From: Macrostomum lignano
Lineage: Eukaryota
NCBI GenBank assembly: GCA_002269645.1
Contig: NIVC01004728.1
Location: 1-36,923, forward strand
DNA length: 36,923 nt
Direction: 5' to 3'
The number at the start of each line of letters is the position of its first letter. The first letter of the stretch is position 1. Positions 35,187 through 36,923 of the stretch are shown here, piece by piece. The notes beneath the pieces were generated by a model. It saw only the letters and a program-made list of their open reading frames with translations, ran no database searches and was not told where the DNA came from. Position numbers and translations under genes: made by a program.

Positions 35187-35245
35187 ATTTTGTAGCTCAT
35201 TCAAACTCTCATCACAAGCATTTCCCTTTCTATATACCTTACAGG
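34653..35245 (-). CDS. Putative exon encoding a heptad (REIDAVM)n coiled coil
   Basis: Acceptor-like ctctatctag at 35246, unique in-frame lead-in (CKVYRKGNACDESLNELQNRELDVVLRETD) grading into about 24 heptads; ends at TAG 34655-34653. Confidence 0.45.
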
Positions 35246-36129
35246 CTAGATAGAGTACAGTAAATCTTATCTACTTAAAAATGAATAACTGTACTAATAG
35301 GCAAAATGAACTGTAGTTCTTACCAAGCTTGATGAATAGAATTAGCCACTAGCAACTCATTGTACAGCCTTTATACCCTCACTAGAGTCTCGCAAAATTG
35401 ATAGTCAAATCAGATAACCGGCTTAAAACTTTCTAAATAGATTAAAAAGGCGTTGTCAAAAACACCAGGGTTTTATCCGCTGTGGAAAAAAGAGTTACGA
35501 AGTTCCACTTTGTAGGCAGTTGGCAATGTACGCAGCAATGTACGGCCGCGGGTGTAAATGTTCATAAGGGACAAGGGACAAACTGGAGCTGTAAATGCTT
35601 CTATTTATAGCTCCGCACGTTCTGCTTTTTGAGGCGCTCATTTAGCGAATAAAAAGTTGCAGTTGAAATTACGATAGTAAAATGTATAGCTCTGCTTGTG
35701 TACGTTCAGCTTGCAATGTGCATTCCAATGTTTACACTTAACTTACTAGTTCATCTTTCTGTACTTGCCAGTTCATCATTATAATTTGCGTTTAACCCAT
35801 TTCCTGAAAATCTAACACTTTAACAGGAATCACTACAACTACTCGCACTTCGGTAATCAGTCGAATCTTAGCTTATGACTCTGAATCAGCCGCGGAAGAA
35901 AATAAAATGACAAGTAGGACAGGACCGAAAACTAGAACGCGACACCTTGCAGGCGTGATTTATTAAGTGTTATTAGTATTGTTTGTGCAATAATAAATTG
36001 CATGAAAAGTACATCTCAGCACTGCTTGCGTGTCAACACTAACCCATTTCGAACGACAGCAACGAATGAAATTCTGTACGTTTTATACCCATCAAAGAAA
36101 ACTAGCTGGTTTTCTTCAGTTCTCACCGT

Positions 36130-36923
36130 TATGCTCGCGGTTCAGGGCTTCCGACAGGCCTGGATTTTGGCGATCGCCCTGCCAATGCCAGGCGAGAGCC
36201 ACACGTTGAGCAGCCTCTGACGGAACTCGCGCTCCGGCATGCCGGTCCTGATTCGCCTTCGCCGTAATAAAACGTTTCGACGCCCCACGTAGTCAGGGCC
36301 ACAATCCCGAAAACGATGAGAAAAATGAGGGTCACTGTGGCCCCGACCAGCGCTGCGTTATTCAATGTTCGCAGCACCTTTACCACAATTTCCCCGATTC
36401 CGTTAGGCAGCATGACGAGCTGCGATCCTCGCGTCATCAGCTGAAGTGAGGCTCGTCTGCCATAAATCAGGAAGTTTACAAAGTGCTCAGTTGTTGTTGA
36501 ACAGATCGTAGCTCTCAAAACCTTGGAACTCTCTGAATCTTGAATCGATCTTCTCCCAGTCCGGCTCACAGTTGTGCACAACCTTCTCAATGCTGTTGGC
36601 TGTTGCAATTCTAAGAAATCCGCGGAACTCCTTGAACCCTTTGTCCTCGCGCCTCAGCTCCGAACTCGTACGTCACGCCTTGTCTGCTACACTGAGCTGA
36701 ATCCCAGTCGGTGATCACAAAGTGGACATCTTTCTCAACTCCATGCACTCGGCGCTTCAGCCGATGTGATCCCACCGTCTCAGGTCCGACTTCGTCACTC
36801 CGTCTTCGAACTGCAGACTCTCGCAGCTATCTTTGATTTTTGTTAATTCGGTCCGAACAGACTCTGCACGCCACGTAGTCCTTCGCAAGACCAGACCATC
36901 TTCAGCCCGAAGCAGAAGTCCTT
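36130..36923 (-). other. Coding-like, frameshifted region of unknown identity with one hydrophobic stretch; runs off the window
   Basis: GC-balanced protein-like segments in alternating frames, a 159-aa ORF with ALVGATVTLIFLIVFGIVALTTWGV, and a possible donor gtgaga near 36127. Confidence 0.3.

Noticed and set aside
34450-35253. 267-aa + strand ORF (ASISLMT)n
   Set aside because: Antisense reading of the 21-bp minisatellite; open only because the unit lacks stops.

Overview
Eukaryotic (invertebrate-like) genomic DNA with GT-AG introns and no prokaryotic features. The host cannot be fixed from sequence alone; the gene style is reminiscent of flatworm/lophotrochozoan assemblies, which is a guess. 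Two ankyrin-repeat genes face each other tail to tail. On +, a 3-exon gene (7660-12147) fuses about 18 ankyrin repeats to a Mab-21/cGAS-like (cGLR) nucleotidyltransferase with intact-looking catalytic motifs. A decayed paralogue of its exons 2-3 lies just upstream (5768-~7075) and is invisible in the ORF track. On -, a gene with about 45 ankyrin repeats (34397-29362) has a small exon at 29110-28955 and a probable last exon at 13716-13584. Its last intron would hold a nested stack: Helitron-like repeat > CMC/EnSpm-like element (13791-28047) > hAT-type MITE plus a young 13.1 kb LTR element (14862-27999, minus strand, 2.2 kb LTRs, tRNA-Leu PBS, 4-bp TSD). The LTR element encodes Gag and protease joined by a canonical -1 frameshift signal but has no RT/RNaseH/integrase. 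In their place it carries an unknown ~449-aa sense ORF with its own promoter-like region, a candidate spliced antisense gene for a tail-anchored protein, and an array of PBS-like motifs. The left end holds a CORE-SINE, a Helitron-like repeat, a long GA tract and a LINE endonuclease fragment split by a solo LTR. Many single-base frameshifts in short homopolymers suggest long-read assembly errors. All alignments were done by eye and no database searches were run.
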